Below, piece by piece: positions 59,199 to 64,000 of a stretch of DNA of 64,000 bases. Position 1 is the stretch's first letter; each line of letters starts with the position of its first letter. Position numbers and translations under genes: made by a program. The stretch is from positions 186,001-250,000 of the forward strand of contig CM022679.1 in NCBI GenBank assembly GCA_012295275.1, read 5' to 3'. The notes under the pieces were generated by a model, which was not told where the DNA came from, searched no databases, and saw only the letters and a list, made by a program, of their open reading frames with translations. The DNA is from Chrysomallon squamiferum (Eukaryota; Animalia; Mollusca).

Positions 59199-59660
59199 AG
59201 AAGAAGAAAAAAAAAGAAGAAAAAACAGACAGATAAAAGAAGACAAACTTGAAACTAAAAATCTGTCGCTTAGTCTGACATCGTAAGACAGCTATAAAAC
59301 GCAAATTAAAACAGTATAATATAAATATATAAATTTAACGACTATTTTTTGTTTTCTTTGTCACAGAAATTATAGTCAAAGAAGACAAAATATTAACAAA
59401 TTAGCAGAATCTTCTGTATGTATTCAGGGACATATTTGGAGATGAAATATTTTTTGATACTGGTGTCACTGAGGACTGGCTAGAACGAATAATGCCATTT
59501 GCATGAGACGAAGTACTAACCACAAAACCAATAGCTCTAGCCGAACGTAGAAACCAGACGTACAAACATACGCCTACATGTGGAGAGAGAGAGAGAGTAA
59601 AACGTTCAGTAACAATTCGTGTATTTTTCTTTTATTTATTTATTTATTTATTTATTTTAG
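58962..59660. promoter_or_regulatory. Divergent promoter region CHMP6 / PIG-X
   Basis: Head-to-head genes; CpG-enriched; ETS ACCGGAAG (~59024), reverse CCAAT (~59079), E-box CACGTG (~59115). Confidence 0.55.
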
Positions 59661-59671
59661 GAAACTGTCAT

Positions 59672-61878
59672 ATGGACGTGACACGTATGTTAAAAAACGT
59701 CATGATGTGTACTGTCCTGTTTGTTAACTATGTCACTAGTGACAAGCCTCGTTTAAAAAGACATCTAACAAAAAATGGATTCCATAGGTTTGAATTAAAA
59801 TTATATATATGTAATTAATATTACAAAATAAGGATGTTTATTTTAAAACTTTCAGTAATATACAAACTAAGTAAATATTTGACTGTTTTAACAGGATTAA
59901 TTTTAATTCATATAGAAACAAATTTGATGCTAAATAATGTTTACATCTTAATATAATTGGATAAAATGTACATCATAGTAAATAATTTGATTTTAGTTAA
60001 ATATAATTAAGAGCTATTTTTTCAGAGGTTCGAAGTAATTTATAATTTGTTGCTTAAGTGCTGAGCTGTATGAAGGAACACTATTTAGATATATATATAT
60101 ATGATAACAGTAACCTATGGTTTGAAAAGTCATCAAATATAAAATCATATCAGATAAAGTTAATATTAAAAGGTTAGATGAAGTTAAATTAAAATGTTAG
60201 ATATTGTTAATATTAAATGTTAGATATTGTTCATATTAAACTGTTAGAAATTATGTTCATATTAAAATGTTAGATAGAGTTAATATTAAAATGTATTTTC
60301 AGAGATCTGGTAACACATGTTGAGTGGGAGATGACAGCATTTCTTGGAGCTGTGTTGGAAAACTGTAATTTACTTTTAAAAGAGACATTGCCAGCTGCAG
60401 TGTACGTTGATCCATTTCAGTTCAACTCTCTTCAGCCCTTTGGAGGACCACAGGTGCTTTTGAAAAAAAAAAACATTTCTTAATCCTTTGCACTCCATTT
60501 TTATTTGTGACTGAATTAAAATGACATGAGGTTTCAAAAAATATTCCTACAAAGTGATTGTGGAATATAATCAGTGTTATAATTACATATTCATTTTGTT
60601 AATTATAAAATCTTGTTCCAGCCATACTGAGGCTGTGCATGTGTGTACTGTATGTGGGATGGTGCACATAAAAAATAACTTGCTGCTCACTGGAAAGATG
60701 ATTTCCACTCTTGTTATCTGACAGAGTAAAGCACATCTGATGTCATGTAAGTAAAATGTGTCATTAAGCATTTCCTTCCTACAATTAGAAATAAAGTATG
60801 CAATGTTTATTTTAGGTTTTAATCGACCAGAAAGTTGACATAGAAACCCCTGAGTACAGTTCCTCACCACTGACTCTGTATGTATTCATACGCCTGTATA
60901 CAGTGCACAGAGGAATACAGAAACACATGACCAACGTCAGCCTGCCACTACATGTGAGATATCATCGTCCCTCCAACAGGCAGGGTTTGGAGTACGTGAA
61001 CACAGTAATTAACAACCCAGAAGTTTTCACCAACTGTTCTGTGGAAGGTAAAATCGGTGACGTTCTTAAGATACAATTAAACTCAAAACATTTCCTAAAT
61101 AATTTATATGCATGAAAATATCTAAATAACAGTCAGTTGAATGTGGACAGCCACGTGTTTAAATATTGCAAATTTCATCGTTTTTATTTGCTTAAGTGTT
61201 AATAAATGTGTTATGTAAAATATATTGTTACATAAACTAAATGTATTCTTATATAAATTAAATGTGTTGTATAATAAATAAATGTCTTGTTACATAAAAT
61301 AAATAAATGTGTTATTATATAAAAAAATGTGTTCTTATATAAAATAAACGTATTGTTATGTAAAATAAATAAATGTGTTATTACATAAAATAAATAATGT
61401 CTTGTTAAAGGTTCTGAAGGTCTGGCTGTATTGGCCTGTGATTATCTCAATACCTCTCTCTGCTGGTGGCATCAACATCCAACACAATCAGTAAATTTTT
61501 TATTTTTAAAATGTATTTTCATGATGTATATCAGAGCTCATACCAGCAAATCATATGAAATGAAATGTTTCTAAAAAGTACAAGTATTAGAATCAATTTT
61601 TAAATTAAAATGTTTTGATTGTAACTTGTACTTCATTTATAGATTAAATATAAGATTATTTAATTTATAAAAATAATTTGAAATTTGTTTGGAATATATT
61701 CTATAAATTTTTTATATTACAGATCTCTAGTGCCATTAAAATAACAGTTCCTGTTGGTCAGAAGAGTCACATGACATTGGTTGTCATAGGAACACTGTTG
61801 GTAACTGTTGCAGGTTGTCTGTTTGTTGTTTATACAGTGATTACCAAAGACTTGACAATGAAGAAAAAGAAAACCTAA
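59672..61878 (+). CDS. PIGX: GPI mannosyltransferase I stabilising subunit PIG-X (PBN1)
   Basis: Signal peptide; GFHRDL, ETLPAAVYVDPFQ, VDIETPEY, LPLHVRYHRP, VPVG + transmembrane helix + KKKKT di-lysine tail. Exons ~59672-59788, 60303-60453, 60816-61048, 61411-61490, 61723-61878. Confidence 0.9.
60619..60738 (+). ncRNA. Candidate intronic box H/ACA snoRNA
   Basis: GC-richer island in a PIG-X intron: hairpin, ACATAA (H box, 60666-60671), hairpin, ACA (60733-60735) + 3 nt; ends 77 nt upstream of the acceptor. Folded by eye only. Confidence 0.4.
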
Positions 61879-62745
61879 ACATTTCTGAATTAGGTGATGT
61901 GAATGTTGCTGAATGTCACCAAATAAGTTATCTTTATTTTTAATTTATTTATTTTTTTTTTTTCATGCAAAGAACTTCATTTTCAGTTGTGTTGGTTGTT
62001 ACTGTTTACTTCATTATATTTATAATTATATTATTTTGAAATAAAGATTTTATTTGTTAACTTTTTTTTATCCAATTATTGCTGAAATTAAGACAAAATC
62101 TAAAAAAATAAAGCATTTTAGAAATACTTGTCAATAGATGAAAATGGTTATTAACACAAATATTCTTTAAGAATAAACTGAATAATGCTATTATACTGAT
62201 TTCACTGATACAGAAGAGAAAATGTCTCACAAAAGTGAAAGACAACCATCTGATATTTCAGTTTCTCTCTAATAATTTACCTATCTGAGCACATCTCTAT
62301 CATATCTATTTGTTTTTATCATATTTTATTGCTATTCATTGTAAAAATATGCCTTTACATTAACTGAATCATAAAATGAAAAGATTGATTTGTCATGGAT
62401 ACTATTTGCAAAGTAAATCTGTTGATGGATACAAAACAAACAAGATGTATACTGTAGATCTATAAAATGAATTTATTTGCATGTGTAATGAAAAATTTAT
62501 AATTGCTTTTATTACCTATAATACACTGAGGAGTGTGAATGCCAGTTTGTTATGTACAAATAAACAAATGTTGACAGCATGCATTCTTCCCAGGCAATGA
62601 CGAGCTTAAATAAATAACAAATGCTCCTAAAGGTGAAAAAAGTAACAAATGCACTGATACGATATACAGATGAAATGAAAAAGTTGATTGGTATGACAAG
62701 GTTTTGCTACACTCTACGTTTCCAGTCTGTACAGTAATAAATAAT

Positions 62746-63895
62746 TCAGAATCTTTCCCGCATGGATTTTAATCTCTGAGCAAAAAATGTTTCCAACACC
62801 TCAGCACACTGGAAAAACGGAGAGTCATGTGGGTTGTAGAAACGACAATTGTCAAATATTTTTGTAACATCTTTTACGAAATCATTGAGTTTCTTGTACA
62901 TCTTTGAATTAAGTCGCTTCTCCACAGTAGACAAATCTGAAATAAAACATTTTTAAATTTCAGTTTAAACAGTGACATCTGTACACTTCAGTTTAAACAC
63001 AGTAACATTTATACACATCAGTTTAAACACAGTAACATTTATACACATCAGTTTAAACACAGTAACATTTGTATGCTTCAGTTTAAACAGTAACATCTAT
63101 ACACTTCAGTTTAAACAGAGTAACATTTATAAATAACAAAAACACACATTTTGTAAAACAAAATCAGTCTGTTTTTAATCCTCTGACAATTTGTTTCTTT
63201 ATGTTAAAAAACCCTCCAACAAAAGAAAAATATCAAAGTAAGTTAATACTACAGATTGATTGTTAAATTCAAGAATGAAACTTTTTAATGTTGATTCACT
63301 CACCCATGGGATCTTTGACAACTTGATAATAATCAGGGACTTCCTTGGGGTCCACGGGTTCCAAAAATGGCCATGCCATCTTGTGTGACTGGAAAAAATA
63401 CGTATATTTTAAGAATTTTTTTACTCTTTTCATTAGACAGTAAACAATCATTGATAAATAAAAAAAATATTCCAATTGGTTAGATATTTTCTTCTTTATT
63501 ACTGTTTCAGTATTGAACACTGAAACATATAATTTAACAAAATACTGTTTTTATTACTTTGTACTAACAGATCAGTTTTATGTACAAAGAATACCTGCTG
63601 TATTTTCTTTAAAATTCTGTTTTCTCTGTTTTTCATATTTAACAAAATACTGTTTTTATTCCTGTGCCCTAACAGATCAAAGTTTTATATACAAAATACC
63701 TGCAGACTTCTGAGTAGTCGTCTGAGACATTCATACTCCTTGTCAGTGAGAGACTGCTGTGTAATAGGAGACTGCATCTCCTTCTGCTCACAGTTTGGAC
63801 ACAGGTAAGTGTCCATGCGGTCAGCCTCCTGTTTTGAGATCCCTACACACTCACCATGAAACCAGTCTTGACAGCGGTCACATCCAATGTAAAAT
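62746..63895 (-). CDS. BPTF: 3' end of nucleosome-remodeling factor subunit BPTF/NURF301 (last PHD + bromodomain); the gene continues beyond the window
   Basis: Exons 63700-63895, 63304-63388, 62746-62936: [18 protein letters not shown]...; [37 protein letters not shown]...[26 protein letters not shown]. Confidence 0.95.
62958..63130. repeat. ~30 bp minisatellite at the last BPTF acceptor
   Basis: Repeats of tcagtttaaacacagtaacatttatacac. Confidence 0.9.
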
Positions 63896-64000
63896 CTTAA
63901 AACAAAATTTTAACATCAATCACATCCAGTGAAAAATCTTAATAAAACAAAATTTTAACATCAATCACATCCAATGTAAAATCTTAATAAAACAAAATAT

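Overview
AT-rich, intron-containing animal genomic DNA (invertebrate, probably lophotrochozoan/mollusc-like; not prokaryotic, no CRISPR, rRNA or tRNA seen). I hand-spliced ten protein-coding genes. In order: 5' end of a TEDC2-like gene (-), SAFB/SLTM (+, head-to-head), tektin-4/tektin A1 (-), FoxK (-, with a probable ~4.7 kb 3'UTR), a divergent CFAP52/WDR16 (+), an unusual partial BPTF paralog (+), ATG12 (+), CHMP6 (-), PIG-X (+) and the 3' end of the authentic BPTF/NURF301 (-). The most striking item is the BPTF paralog. It keeps the exon structure and fold residues of the coiled-coil/PHD-PHD/bromodomain module, but its acetyl-lysine pocket and half of the H3K4me3 aromatic cage are replaced, and its N-terminus is rich in SUMO motifs. 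Other highlights: recurrent tandem duplications of splice junctions that create stop-containing decoy splice sites, a candidate poison exon in SAFB, a 17-aa FoxK repeat with only synonymous differences next to an HCF-1-binding motif, a candidate intronic H/ACA snoRNA, X-boxes at ciliary genes, and hAT- and piggyBac-type MITEs. Gene names come from recognising motifs by eye with no database search. Exon boundaries were read manually and may be off by a few bases.
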